From: an uncultured Gemmatimonadaceae bacterium | GTDB lineage: Bacteria; Gemmatimonadota; Gemmatimonadetes; Gemmatimonadales; Gemmatimonadaceae | DNA length: 64,000 nt | Assembly (NCBI GenBank): GCA_963817955.1 | Contig: CAWFQK010000004.1 | Coordinates: 160,001-224,000, forward strand | Direction: 5' to 3' | Part shown: positions 1 through 10,340 of the stretch, piece after piece | Numbering within the stretch: position 1 is the first letter of the stretch | Layout of the letters: each line of letters opens with the position of its first letter | Notes under the pieces: model-generated | The model's database searches: none | What the model saw: only the letters and a program-made list of their open reading frames with translations | Told to the model about the DNA's origin: nothing | Translations under genes and position numbers: made by a program

Positions 1-1076
1 TCGTCCACGTGATCACGCAGAAGGGAAAGGGATTCCCCGCGGGCGAGACGAGCCGGGAGAAATGGCACGCCCTGCCTCCGGGACACGATCCGGCGACCGG
101 CGCTCAACTGAAGCCGTCGACGGCCAATCCCGCGTACACCGCGGTGTTCGGTAAGGGACTGTCCGAGCTCGGCAGAGAAGTGCCGGATCTTGTCGCGATC
201 ACCGCGGCGATGCCGAGCGGCACGGGGACGGACGTCTTCGCGAAGGCACACCCTGATCGGTTCTTCGACGTGGGCATCGCCGAAGGGCACGCCGTCACAT
301 TCGCTGCCGGCATGGCCACGCGAGGCATACGCCCCGTCGTAGCCATCTACTCCACGTTTCTGCAGCGTGGATTCGACAACATCATCCACGACGTGGCCAT
401 TCAGTCGCTGCCCGTGGTGTTCTGCATGGATCGAGCGGGACTCGTCGGCGAAGACGGCGAGACTCACATGGGCCTGTACGACATCGCCTACATGCTCACC
501 GTGCCGAAGATGACGGTCACCGCGCCGAAGGACGCGGGCGAGATGCTCGGACTGCTGCGCGCCGGTGTGAACCATCGCAGCGGACCCTTTTCCATCCGGT
601 ATCCGCGCGATGCCTCACCCGACCAGCCGGGGCCGATGTCGGAGACCGAACCGGTGCCATACGGCACGTGGGAAGTGCTGCGCCGGGGAACGGGCGTGGC
701 GATCCTCGCCGTTGGCACCATGGCACTGACGTCCGTCGCTGCGGCGGAGTCGCTCGCCGCGGACGGGCTGGACGTCACCGTCGTGAACTGCCGATACCTC
801 AAGCCGTACGATGAGGTCACGCTCGCGGCTGTCCTCGCGGATCATCGGCAGGTGCTCGTGGTGGAGGAGGGAACCGTCGTCAATGGATTTGGCGCGTTCA
901 TGTCTACGGTGATCGCACGATATGATTCGTCGGTCCAGGTGGCCGTGCATGGTGTGCCGGATCGCTTCATCTACTCGGCGTCGCGGGCACGGCAGCTCGC
1001 CATGTGCGGTCTCGATGCCGCCGGAATTGCATCCCGCGTGCGCGCGCTCCTCGAGAGCGAGGCGATCGCGGGGTGA
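1..1076 (+). CDS. dxs: 1-deoxy-D-xylulose-5-phosphate synthase, C-terminal part (5' end outside window)
   Basis: ITAAMPSGTG, FFDVGIAEGHAVTFAAG, IYSTFLQR, DRAGLVGEDGETH, IRYPR motifs. Confidence 0.95.
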   Translation, partial: VHVITQKGKGFPAGETSREKWHALPPGHDPATGAQLKPSTANPAYTAVFGKGLSELGREVPDLVAITAAMPSGTGTDVFAKAHPDRFFDVGIAEGHAVTFAAGMATRGIRPVVAIYSTFLQRGFDNIIHDVAIQSLPVVFCMDRAGLVGEDGETHMGLYDIAYMLTVPKMTVTAPKDAGEMLGLLRAGVNHRSGPFSIRYPRDASPDQPGPMSETEPVPYGTWEVLRRGTGVAILAVGTMALTSVAAAESLAADGLDVTVVNCRYLKPYDEVTLAAVLADHRQVLVVEEGTVVNGFGAFMSTVIARYDSSVQVAVHGVPDRFIYSASRARQLAMCGLDAAGIASRVRALLESEAIAG

Positions 1077-1942
1077 TGCGACTCGGCGTCGTCGGCCACC
1101 TCGGCTACTTGGAACTTCCGGCGGTGCTGCGGACGCTTGCTGAGCTCGCGCCAGCGCTGGACCTGGAGTTGTATTACGAGCGCGCGCTCTACGACTTCGC
1201 ACGCGACGGCAGCCTGCTCGATGACCCGTCGGCGCTTGATGCCCTCCTCACGCTGGGTGGCGACGGGACGTTGCTTCGCGGCGCGCGCATCATCTCGCCG
1301 CATGCCGTACCGATCCTGGGGATCAATCTCGGGCATCTGGGATTCCTCACGTGCTGCAACGCCGACCAGCTGTCGAATGCGTTGATGCGGTTCGCGCGCC
1401 AGGACTATTATGCGGAAACGCGCATGGCGCTGGAGGCGCGCGTGATCGACACGGCGGGCGCGGAGCGGTTGAAGTGGATCGCCATGAACGACGTGGTGCT
1501 TCACAAAGGCGGATTCGCGCGAGTCGTCCAGCTCAGGGTGGCGGCCGACGGCGAGCCGGTCGCGACATACGCGGCTGACGGCGTCGTGCTGTCGACGCCG
1601 ACCGGATCCACGGCGTACAGTCTCTCGGCCGGAGGGCCGGTCGTCTTTCCAACGCTCGAGACGATCCTCGTGACGCCGGTGTCGCCGCATACGCTGGCCA
1701 TCCGCCCGCTCATCCTGCCGTCGAGCGTGGACGTGACCTTGCATGCGGATGATGGTCCCGCGGAGCTTTTGGTGACGGTCGACGGACAGGTCGGCACCAG
1801 CTTCCTCCCGGGTGAGACCCTGAGTGTGCGGCGTGCACAGGGCGGCGTGCTGATCATCCGTTTTACCGGAACGAGCTTCTTCAACACGCTGCGCCAAAAG
1901 CTGGGCTGGGGAGGCCTCGCCGATCGCGATGGATCCACGTAG
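1076..1942 (+). CDS. nadK: NAD(+) kinase
   Basis: LGGDGTLL, GINLGHLGFL, NDVV, DGVVLSTPTGSTAYSLSAGGP; ATG overlaps the dxs stop. Confidence 0.95.
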   Translation: MRLGVVGHLGYLELPAVLRTLAELAPALDLELYYERALYDFARDGSLLDDPSALDALLTLGGDGTLLRGARIISPHAVPILGINLGHLGFLTCCNADQLSNALMRFARQDYYAETRMALEARVIDTAGAERLKWIAMNDVVLHKGGFARVVQLRVAADGEPVATYAADGVVLSTPTGSTAYSLSAGGPVVFPTLETILVTPVSPHTLAIRPLILPSSVDVTLHADDGPAELLVTVDGQVGTSFLPGETLSVRRAQGGVLIIRFTGTSFFNTLRQKLGWGGLADRDGST

Positions 1943-3673
1943 ATGTTGACCGAGCTGCGCATCAAGAATTTCGCGATCATCGAGTCGCTGACGCTGCCGC
2001 TCGGTCGAGGTTTCAACGTGCTGTCGGGCGAGACGGGCGCCGGCAAGTCGATCATCGTCGGTGCACTCGGACTCCTCCTTGGCGACCGCGCCAGCGCCGA
2101 CGTCATCCGCACCGGTGCCGAACGGGCGACGGTCGAGGGTGTCTTCGACATCACCGATCGCTCCGAGATCCGGGCTCTCCTGGACGAACGCGGTATCGAC
2201 GTCGACGAATCGGTGGTCGTGCTCAAACGCGAGGTGGCGAACGGCCGTGCGCGTGCCTGGATCAACGGCACCACGGTGAACGCCGGCATGTTCGTGGACG
2301 TCGGCCGGCTGTTGGTGAACCTGCATGGGCAGCACGAAGCGCAGACGCTGCTCGATCCCGAGGCGCAGCGACGCATTCTCGACGCCTTCGCGGGGGCAAC
2401 CGAGCAGTCGGCGCTCGTGAGGCAATCCCACGAGGAGCTCGCGTCGATCATTCGGGACATCACCAATCTGTCCAAGCGCCGTGCCGACGCGGAGCGCCGC
2501 GCCGATTATCTGCGTCATGTCGTCCAGGAAATCGGGGACGCCAACCTCACGGCGGGCGAGGACGCTCGTCTGGAAGATGAGGCGCGGCGATTGGAGAATG
2601 CTGAAGAGCTGCGAAGCCTGGCGAGTGGCATTGCCGGCGCGCTCGATGGGGAAGAGGACACGGTGCTGCAGAAGCTCAGCGCCATCGCTCGGCAGCTGTC
2701 GGCCATCCAGCGCATCGATCCAACGCTGTCGCACGTGCAGGAGTCCTACGATAGCGCGTACTACGCCATCGAAGCACTCGCGCGCGACCTCGAGGAGTAC
2801 GAAGGCTCCATCGACCTCGATCCATCGCGACTCGAGGACGTGCGCCGCCGCCGCGATCTGTTGTTTCGTCTCACGAAGAAGTACGGTGGCACGCTCACGG
2901 ACGTCATCCGCACCGCTGAGGAAGCGAGGGCGGAGCTCGACCTCGTCGATTCGGCAGGGCTCGACATCAAGCAGCTCGAATTGCGCGAGCGCGGCGCGCG
3001 TGCGGCCCTGCGCGAACGCGCGACCGAGTTGTCCGCGCGGCGCGCCGCGGGCGCCGAGCGCCTCGATCAGGCCGTGGACGCCGTGCTGCCCGACCTCGGC
3101 ATGCCCGACGGTCACGTGACGGTGTCGCTCCAGCCCCTGCAGGAGATCGGGCCATGCGGGGCCGAAGACGTGGAGTTCTGCGTGGCGCTCAACGTCGGCC
3201 ACGAGCCGCGGCCGCTCGCCCGCGTGGCGTCGGGCGGTGAATTGTCGCGCGTCATGCTGGCGCTCAAGACCATCCTGGCGCGGCTCGATCGTGTGCCCAC
3301 CCTGGTGTTTGACGAAGTGGACGCCGGCATCGGCGGGCGCGTCGGCTTACAAGTGGGCGAAACGATGCGCTGCGTGGCCAGCTACCATCAGGTGTTCGCG
3401 ATCACGCATCTGCCGCAGATCGCGGCGCGCGGCCACCATCACATTCTCGTCAGCAAGGGCGCGCGTGGCGGCGTCACGACCGCGGATGTCACCGTGGTGA
3501 GTGGCGACGAACGTGTCACGGAGATCGCGCGGATGCTCGGTGGCGACCCGGAGAGCGAGGTCAGCCGCGCACATGCGCGCGAGCTGTTGGAGCACGCCGT
3601 GGCCGATGCGCGCAGCGGGAGCGGTGAACGCACACGCGAGCCGGCCCCCGCCAAGAAGAAACGCGGCGACTGA
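1943..3673 (+). CDS. recN: DNA repair protein RecN
   Basis: Walker A GETGAGKS, GQHEAQ, coiled coil, ASGGELSR signature, FDEVDAG, ITHLPQIAA. Confidence 0.97.
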   Translation: MLTELRIKNFAIIESLTLPLGRGFNVLSGETGAGKSIIVGALGLLLGDRASADVIRTGAERATVEGVFDITDRSEIRALLDERGIDVDESVVVLKREVANGRARAWINGTTVNAGMFVDVGRLLVNLHGQHEAQTLLDPEAQRRILDAFAGATEQSALVRQSHEELASIIRDITNLSKRRADAERRADYLRHVVQEIGDANLTAGEDARLEDEARRLENAEELRSLASGIAGALDGEEDTVLQKLSAIARQLSAIQRIDPTLSHVQESYDSAYYAIEALARDLEEYEGSIDLDPSRLEDVRRRRDLLFRLTKKYGGTLTDVIRTAEEARAELDLVDSAGLDIKQLELRERGARAALRERATELSARRAAGAERLDQAVDAVLPDLGMPDGHVTVSLQPLQEIGPCGAEDVEFCVALNVGHEPRPLARVASGGELSRVMLALKTILARLDRVPTLVFDEVDAGIGGRVGLQVGETMRCVASYHQVFAITHLPQIAARGHHHILVSKGARGGVTTADVTVVSGDERVTEIARMLGGDPESEVSRAHARELLEHAVADARSGSGERTREPAPAKKKRGD

Positions 3674-3707
3674 TCGCCGCCGCGCCCCCTGTGCCGTCGC
3701 CGATCGC

Positions 3708-5375
3708 CTACGGCCAATACACCCGCAGCTCGATCTGATCGCGAAAGGTTTTCGGCACCGGACCGCCACTCCCTGATATCGTCTCGAGATGGCTGAACGA
3801 TGCCTCGAATGGCAGGGCACCCGGCCCGCGACGTGGCGACACGATCGTTGAATAGGAGAACCCTATTCCCACCTGTTGCGCGGTACTTGCTGCCACGCCG
3901 AACGGAGCGACGGGCGTGACGAAGATGGGCGCAATGACGCCGGGTATTGGATCGATGACGGGCGGCACGACAGGGGCCACCGTGTATCGGTCAGCGCCCG
4001 TTCGTACCATGGAATACAGCCCGTTCAAGCTGAAGTAGCCGGCCAGCCGCCACCGCGGAACGAGCGACAGCGCCAGCACGTTGCCCGCCGAGTAGGTGTT
4101 GCCCGCGCCGATCCCCGTCCCAAACGTGCTGCCGAGCGGAAAGATGGCGTTGCCAGCATTCGGAACCCGCGCCGTTGCCACGGACCCGAGCTGCGTAGTG
4201 TACGACGCGATCGCGCTCGTCGTCAGCGTGCGGCCGATTTGCACATCCGTGGCGAACCCAGCTTCCACACCGGCCTGCCCGTATCCCGTGCCGATATCGA
4301 ACAAGCGATTCCGGTTTGCCGGCTGCCCGGTGCCGATGCGATAGGTGACGTTGATCGCGGCGCGAAAGTGCGTGCGCCCCGCAGCCTCAGCGCTCGTGTC
4401 GCCGAACGTGTTGGCGAGCTGATACGTTGCGCCCACTGAAATATCGCCGATCGACGTGCGGTCCGTGGACTGCAACGTGTCGTGTCCAAAACTCGTGAGC
4501 AAACTCTGAAGCTGCCCGTACGCAGCCGGACCAGGCGCGCCGGTGACGGCCCCGGTGATGACGTTGCCGCTGCCGAGAAAGTTCTGAAACTGCGTGCTCA
4601 GCGATTGAATCTGGGCGTTGATCGCTGTCTGCGTGGCACCGGTCGCGAGCGGCACAAACGCCTGGCCAGTGTGCGACGCATCGGTGCCGTATAATTCCTG
4701 GATCGCGTTCGAAAAGACCCCCGACGTCTGGATGAGCGACTGGGCGGCGGATTGCTGCGCCAGGAGCGTGGAGCAGCCGCTGCCGCTCGGGTTGGCCTGA
4801 CAACCCGTGAGCTGCTGCTGCAGCGTCGATGCGGCGCCACGAATCGATAGCACCAACGCTGCCGATTGGGCGAGCAACCCACTATTGAGTTGCTCAGGGT
4901 TGGGGCCGACGTTGGCGTGCAACGTGTCTGGATTCAGCCGCGCGGAGAGCGTCGTGCGCGTCTGGACGAAGGGTACGACGACGCCAAGCGTGAGCTTGCT
5001 CGTGAGTCCGTACTGTACGATGAGCGGTGCGGTCACCACACGCGAGTTGGCGGCGGACACGATCTGCCCCGCGTTCACCTGGAAATTCGACAACCCGGAC
5101 GCCGTGCGGATTGCCGCTTGCGTGCCCCCCAGGACCGGGAGCTGCGTGGGGCCGAGCGAATCCGTGTTGAAGCTCGCCGCCAGGTTCCGGGCGCCGCCGT
5201 TGCCAAGCAGCTCGTCGTAGCGGGTCCATGAGCTCAGTAGCCGAAATCCGAACATGCGCGACTCGAGGACGGTCGCGTCGGGCAGCAACGAGGTCGTCGT
5301 CTGCGCGACCACTCGGTGCGGGAGGAGCAGCGCGAGGAGCATCGCGCTCGATCGAAGAGAGGTTCGAACCGACAA
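3708..5375 (-). CDS. Secreted / putative outer-membrane hypothetical protein
   Basis: 555-aa ORF; signal peptide (LLALLLP...VVA-Q); beta-strand-like C-terminus ending LRVYWP. Confidence 0.7.
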   Translation of the reverse strand: MSVRTSLRSSAMLLALLLPHRVVAQTTTSLLPDATVLESRMFGFRLLSSWTRYDELLGNGGARNLAASFNTDSLGPTQLPVLGGTQAAIRTASGLSNFQVNAGQIVSAANSRVVTAPLIVQYGLTSKLTLGVVVPFVQTRTTLSARLNPDTLHANVGPNPEQLNSGLLAQSAALVLSIRGAASTLQQQLTGCQANPSGSGCSTLLAQQSAAQSLIQTSGVFSNAIQELYGTDASHTGQAFVPLATGATQTAINAQIQSLSTQFQNFLGSGNVITGAVTGAPGPAAYGQLQSLLTSFGHDTLQSTDRTSIGDISVGATYQLANTFGDTSAEAAGRTHFRAAINVTYRIGTGQPANRNRLFDIGTGYGQAGVEAGFATDVQIGRTLTTSAIASYTTQLGSVATARVPNAGNAIFPLGSTFGTGIGAGNTYSAGNVLALSLVPRWRLAGYFSLNGLYSMVRTGADRYTVAPVVPPVIDPIPGVIAPIFVTPVAPFGVAASTAQQVGIGFSYSTIVSPRRGPGALPFEASFSHLETISGSGGPVPKTFRDQIELRVYWP

Positions 5376-5458
5376 TCGCAGGATCGCCTCGTGCCGTAGG
5401 TGAGATGCCGCGACTGGGTTATCATTCCACCCAGTCGCCCATCAATATACTCATCCTC

Positions 5459-7236
5459 GTGACGCTGCTCCCACCGCCCAGCATTCCCTGGCAGATCACC
5501 GGCAACCATTGGGTGTCGCTGCCGTGTATTCACCCGGCCGACGCGTCGATCCATGCCGTCGGCATGCTGCATCGCGGCTCCCGCTCGGCGATCGAGTTTC
5601 TCGGGTCACCCGATTTTGACCAGGGCACCGGTCCCGCCCTGGCTCGGCCCAGCCTCGACATCGGCGGCGTACGCCACGAGCTCTCAGATGTTCCCATTGC
5701 CTGGGAGCGCGCCCTCGGGTGGATCCCGACATTCACCTGCACGATCGCCGACCTGGTATTGCGCGGAACCATCTTTGCGCCGTACGGCCGCGACGCGGAC
5801 GTCTCGGGAGCGGTGTACGCGCTCTCCATCGAGAACCGCAGCGCGAATGATCTGGACATCGACGTCACCCTGGCAGGTACCCTCGGGCACCGTCAGCTTC
5901 GCGTTCGTACCCCGCGTCCTTTCGAGGACGCATCGCTCGTTTCGCTCGGCGCGTCGGGTGCTGTGCTGCTCGAAGGTGCCTCGCTGCCCGGGTTGGCCGC
6001 CGTCGCCCTGGTAGCCGATGGCGACGCCAGCGCCGAAGTGGACGGCCAGACTTATTCTCTGCGTCGCTCCATCCGCGTTGCGGGCGGTGGACGCGAGCAG
6101 ATCGCGTTTTATCTGGCTGTTGGTCCAGAACGCGACGGGGCCGAGGCGACGGCGAGCGTGTTGCGCCGTCGCGGCTGGCGCGAGCTGCTGTCGGCAACCC
6201 GCGACGCGCTGCGGAGCCTGGAGCAGAGCACCGGACATGAGGCGCTCGACCGGCTGATCAATCGCAATCTGCTCTTCGCGTACTTCTATGGTGTGGGCCG
6301 GGCGCTGGACGACGCACAGTACTACCTCGTGCGAACGCGGACACCCTGGAATGGCCATGGCGTGACGGTGCGCGATTGGGAAGCGCTCGATGTGGACGAT
6401 TCCGGCCGTGCAACTCGCCGATCCACCGCTTGCGCGGGAGTTGCTGTTGCGCATGTGCGAGCTCCATGGCTACGCGCCAGGCCGTGGCGTGCACTACCTG
6501 GATGGCACGCTGTTCGAACCCGGGTTCGCGCTGGAAGGCGTGGCCAGCTATGCGCTGGCCACCGACCGGTACATTCGCGACACCGGCGACGATCGGGTCG
6601 TGGATGAGCCGGCGCTCACCGACACGCTGTACCTGAGCGCCGAGGACCTCGAGACACGCCGCGACAAGAACGTGCCGCTGTATGCCACCGAGGTTAGTCC
6701 CTCCGGGGCGCCCGTGGTCGCATCCGTTCACGCTCCACGGCAACGCCGTCGTCGCGCAGGCCCTCGACGTGCTTCGGCACACGCTGGACGAGGAGACGGC
6801 GCGCGGGCTTCAGGATCCAGATGCCGTGCGTGCCGCCATCAATCGGCATTTCGTGGTCGACGCGGCAGGACGCTCGACGTTTGCCTCGGCCGTCGATCTG
6901 GCTGGTGCGACTTCGGTGGCGGACGATCCCGCCGCGTCGGCATTCTGGCTGCCGCTCTACGATGCGGTCGCGCGGCAGGACTCCACCTACCGCCGCACAG
7001 TAAAGAACATCGGCTTGACGCCGCACTCATTGACACAGCAGTGCGCCCGCCTGATCGGTCCGGATGCGAATGCCGTGCTGCAATGGCTGCGGCGTGCGCC
7101 GCTGGACGGTGGCTGGGCTGCGGAAGTGGTGGACGAAGACGGCCGAGTGGCCGCGAATGGCGGTGACGCGTCGCTATCCGGGCTGCTCGCTTGGTCGGTG
7201 TGGTACGCCGTGAATGCTCTCGGGGAACGCCCGTAA
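5459..7236 (+). pseudogene. Six-hairpin glycosidase-like protein (possibly GH125-like), split by two frameshifts (real pseudogene or sequence error)
   Basis: Three overlapping ORFs (to 6607, 6390-7166, 6682-7236) read as one protein when shifted at ~6389 (RDWEAL/MWTIP) and ~6715 (SPSG../HPFTLHGNA); family assignment tentative. Confidence 0.55.
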
Positions 7237-7320
7237 GCCGCGCTCTGTTTTCCCCTATTCCAATCCCCTCGAGTCGTCGCCACTGTTCTTGTGTTCGCTG
7301 CACCATATATTTCGCGGCGC

Positions 7321-7393
7321 GCGGGAATAGCTCAGTTGGTAGAGCACAACCTTGCCAAGGTTGGGGTCGCGGGTTCGAGTCCCGTTTCCCGCT
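7321..7393 (+). tRNA. tRNA-Gly(GCC)
   Basis: GCGGGAA...TTCCCGC acceptor stem, anticodon loop TTGCCAA, GGTTCGAGTCC T-arm; CCA not encoded. Confidence 0.97.
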
Positions 7394-7436
7394 CTGGGTC
7401 AAGCAGGCAGTAGGGTCCAGGGTGTCAGGACGGTGT

Positions 7437-7471
7437 GCGGCCCCGCGCGTTGCGCGGGGCCGCTTTACTTT
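7437..7471 (+). terminator. GC hairpin with T-rich tail between the two tRNAs
   Basis: GCGGCCCCGCGC-gtt-GCGCGGGGCCGC followed by TTTACTTT. Confidence 0.5.
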
Positions 7472-7481
7472 ATCCAGTCCT

Positions 7482-7565
7482 GCCGGGATGGCGAAACGGG
7501 TAGACGCGAGGGACTTAAAATCCCTTTCCCGCAAGGGAGTCCGGGTTCGAGTCCCGGTCCTGGCA
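7482..7565 (+). tRNA. tRNA-Leu(TAA)
   Basis: GCCGGGA...TCCTGGC-A; anticodon arm AGGGA-CTTAAAA-TCCCT; long variable arm; GGTTCGAGTCC. Confidence 0.96.
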
Positions 7566-7569
7566 TTCG
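7510..7569 (+). repeat. attL-type 60-bp direct repeat (3' part of tRNA-Leu)
   Basis: Identical to 22716-22775. Confidence 0.95.
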
Positions 7570-7605
7570 ACTGTTTTACCTCGTAAAAATGTGAGAACTC
7601 GCACG

Positions 7606-7636
7606 AAAATGGCTGCCTTGTGAGGCAGCCGTTTTT
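7606..7636 (+). terminator. Intrinsic terminator supplied by the element downstream of tRNA-Leu
   Basis: AAAATGGCTGCCT-tgtg-AGGCAGCCGTTTTT. Confidence 0.75.
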
Positions 7637-7640
7637 GCCT

Positions 7641-7660
7641 TGGTGGTAAGAATGGTGGTA
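7641..7660 (+). repeat. Putative integrase arm-type site
   Basis: TGGTGGTAAGAATGGTGGTA, identical at 22590-22609. Confidence 0.7.
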
Positions 7661-8302
7661 GCGACCATCACGGCGAATCACGCCGAATGGCGACGATATG
7701 ATCGGCGTCGTGATGTAGAGCTGCGGCGTACGGCGCCGCCGCACTCAGCCGCGCAGGCCCCTGGCGTGGGCAAAGGGGGGGGCGACCTTGTACTAGGTCG
7801 CCCCCTTCGACGCGCGCAAGCTCCCCCCGTACCTCGCGGCGCGGGACCAAGGGGGTGCTCGTCGTCGAATTCGCCGCGGTGCGCGTCGCCGATGGGCCGC
7901 GCATGGCCAAGCGGGCGGCACCTCCCTGGGGACGCGGCCTGGCTCGTCTGCGAGTGGCGCGCGACGGGCTAGCGGAAATACTACCAGACGAATCATCCGC
8001 CGCGGACCTCGCTCCAGACGCTGGCCCGCGATCAAGGCGCGCTGGGTCTGCGAGCAAGTGCATCAACAGTTGAAGGAGGAACAACCGTAGCAAAATTTCG
8101 CACACTCATTGCGCGCCGTGGCGGCGACTCGCACTCGGCTTCAGACAGGCCGCAGTTATCCCATTATTGCATCGACGGCTTGCCCACGCGGCGCCGAACC
8201 ACTGAGACACCTTTGGTGGTAGAGAATGCGACGGAGCATCCATGCCACGGTGAAGGGGCCTGCTTGAGCAAGCGCAGGTTCCGGCGGTTCCTTACACCAG
8301 CC

Positions 8303-8482
8303 TCAGCTTTCTTCTTGCAACGCATTTATCGCTTGCTCCAGGGTATCGAATGAACCTCGATGTGGCTCGCCGTCTTTGTGCATGTAGTACTTTATTGAAA
8401 TGTTTAGCGGTCCGGCGCTCTTTACGATCTCATACTCGTGGTTTCCAATGGTTTGCGTGTGGGCAATTTCCATGTCGTCCAT
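8303..8482 (-). CDS. Small hypothetical protein (59 aa), low GC
   Basis: GGAGGA RBS 7 nt upstream of ATG at 8482; MDDMEIAHTQTIGNHEYEIVK... Confidence 0.6.
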   Translation of the reverse strand: MDDMEIAHTQTIGNHEYEIVKSAGPLNISIKYYMHKDGEPHRGSFDTLEQAINALQEES

Positions 8483-8647
8483 GCGTACATCCTCCGAAGC
8501 GCTGTGCGAGCTAGACCGATGCGGCTGCGCTGGCCGCACGGCACGGGAGTTAGTCAGAATGAAGCGACTGGCTCGCGGTCGTCGTAACGTGGGTTAGGCA
8601 GTCGGAATGAGCCGATCACCCAGAACCACAACACGACGGAGCCGGTT

Positions 8648-10016
8648 GGGTGAGTCCCAGCCCTAGTTGCAAAACAGGTGGTGCCGCGGTACAAGAGTGT
8701 GAATCCCTGCCAGGATCTCCACTCGTTCCCGAGGACACCACCCATGCCAAGAGTACGACGGAAACAGCCGAAGAACCAGTCATCGAACCAGTCGGCGGAC
8801 GCGCGATGCGCGAAGGCTGCCCAGCAGACGATGCCGCTCGATGACGGGACTCTCGCGACGCCAGGAAACGCGGCGACAATAGCGATGATTCAAGCGTTGA
8901 TCCCCTTGGGACTCCACGCGGTCGAAGAGGCGCTGGTGGCTGAAGTGCTGGCGCTGGCCGGGCCCCGCTACGCGCATCAGGATGGGCGGCCCGACATCGC
9001 GCGGTGGGGCAGCCGCGACCTGCGCAGCAGGCGAGTGTCGGCCTCTTTCGCCGGGTGCTCGGTGGCCTGTCGTGTCGCGAGTATGAAGCCGCGGCCGAAG
9101 CGGTGCCGGAGGCGTTCGGGCTGACGAAGTCCAGCGTCTCCCGCCGCTTCATTCGCGCGAGTGCGCGGGAGTTGGGCCGGCTGCAGGAGCGGCGGCTGGA
9201 TGATGCCGAGTGGCTGGTGCTCGTGCTCGACGGCAAATCGTTCGCCGGCGACCAGCTCGTGGTCGCGCTCGGCGTGACGACCACGGGCGAGAAGCGCATC
9301 CTCGGGACTCGTGCAGACCGCGAGCGAGAACAAGCGCGCGAGAACAAGCGCGCGAGAACAAGCGCGCGATTGCCAGTTTCCTCCGCGAGCTCGGGGAGCG
9401 CGGCTTTCCGCTCGACCAGCCGCTCTTGGCCGTGCTTGATGGCGCGAAGGGCCTCCGCGCCGCGGTGCGCGACGTGTTCGGCGACATCCCCGTGCAGCGG
9501 TGCCAGTGGCACAAGCGTGAGAATGTGGTGAGCTATCTCGCCAAGCGGGACCAGCCCACGTGGCGCCGAAAGCTCAACGCCGCGTGGGCGCATCCGGCTT
9601 ATGCGGATGCCAAGCGCGCTGGAGCGGTTGTATGGTGAGCTCCGGTTCGTGAACGAATCCGCCGCAGCGAGCCTTGCCGAAGGACTCGAGGAAACGCTGA
9701 CGCTCCATCGGCTGAACGTGTTCCCCGAACTCGGCGTGAGCTTCAAAACGACGAATCTGATCGAGAGCGTCATGGCGCGCCTGGAGGCGAAGACGCACCG
9801 CGTCACGCGCTGGCGGACGAGCGATCAGAAGCTACGCTGGTGTGCGTCGGCGCTCTGGAGCACCGAGCGGCAGTTTCGGCGCGTGAAGAACTATCGCCAG
9901 TTGTCCTTGCTCAAGCAGGCGCTTCAGCCCAAACTCTCTTCCACGAAGACCGCCGCGGCGTAAGCCGCCTCACCGCGCGGCATCGCCTGAATTGCAACTA
10001 CGAAAGGGACATTCCC
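8648..10016 (+). mobile_element. IS256-family insertion sequence, inactivated
   Basis: Imperfect 25-bp IRs (8648-8672 GGGTGAGTCCCAGCCCTAGTTGCAA; 9992-10016); transposase motifs SKSSVSRRF-like (LTKSSVSRRF), VLDGAKGLRAAV..F...VQRCQWHKRENV, TTNLIES. Confidence 0.88.
8745..9963 (+). pseudogene. IS256 transposase pseudogene
   Basis: Coding split over several frames; apparent internal deletion near 9015; 14-bp triplication at 9324-9369. Confidence 0.85.
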
Positions 10017-10267
10017 TGCCGGTGCAGCGATGATTTTTCCAACCGCGGCCGACCGACGGAGATGAATGACGGAGAGGTTACCGCGCTGCCGCAGGCCGGC
10101 GTTCTAGTCAGCCCAGTTGGTGATGCGATCGGGGCGGTGGTAGCGCCCGTGGGGCCGGGAAGTGTGGGACACAGACATCGAGAGACTCTCGCAAAGGGTG
10201 ATCTCGATCCAGTGCCCCAGCTTCCCGGCTCCTTTCTATGGCCTGGCCCTATTTACGCGACAACGCC
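10017..10267 (-). mobile_element. IS5-family (IS903-like) remnant: one end plus transposase N-terminus, cut at the IS256 end
   Basis: Minus strand reads RITNWAD*NAGLRQRGNL (cf. 'TNW.EYN..L.QRG.LT'); terminal GGCGTTGTCGCGTAAAT resembles an IS903-type IR. Confidence 0.7.
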
Positions 10268-10340
10268 TCAGGCCCACCCAACGCGGCACGCGGCGAGCCG
10301 CCGAAGCAGCCCGCCGCGTTCCGGTGCAGTGTCGTGCAGG

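Noticed and set aside
971..3202. Long antisense ORFs (also 11859-13457, 36681-38114 and others)
   Set aside because: Shadows of GC-rich real genes on the opposite strand
7773..7860. Phage cos/packaging site (G-rich hairpin)
   Set aside because: Hairpin is real, but no terminase or HNH context supports a function
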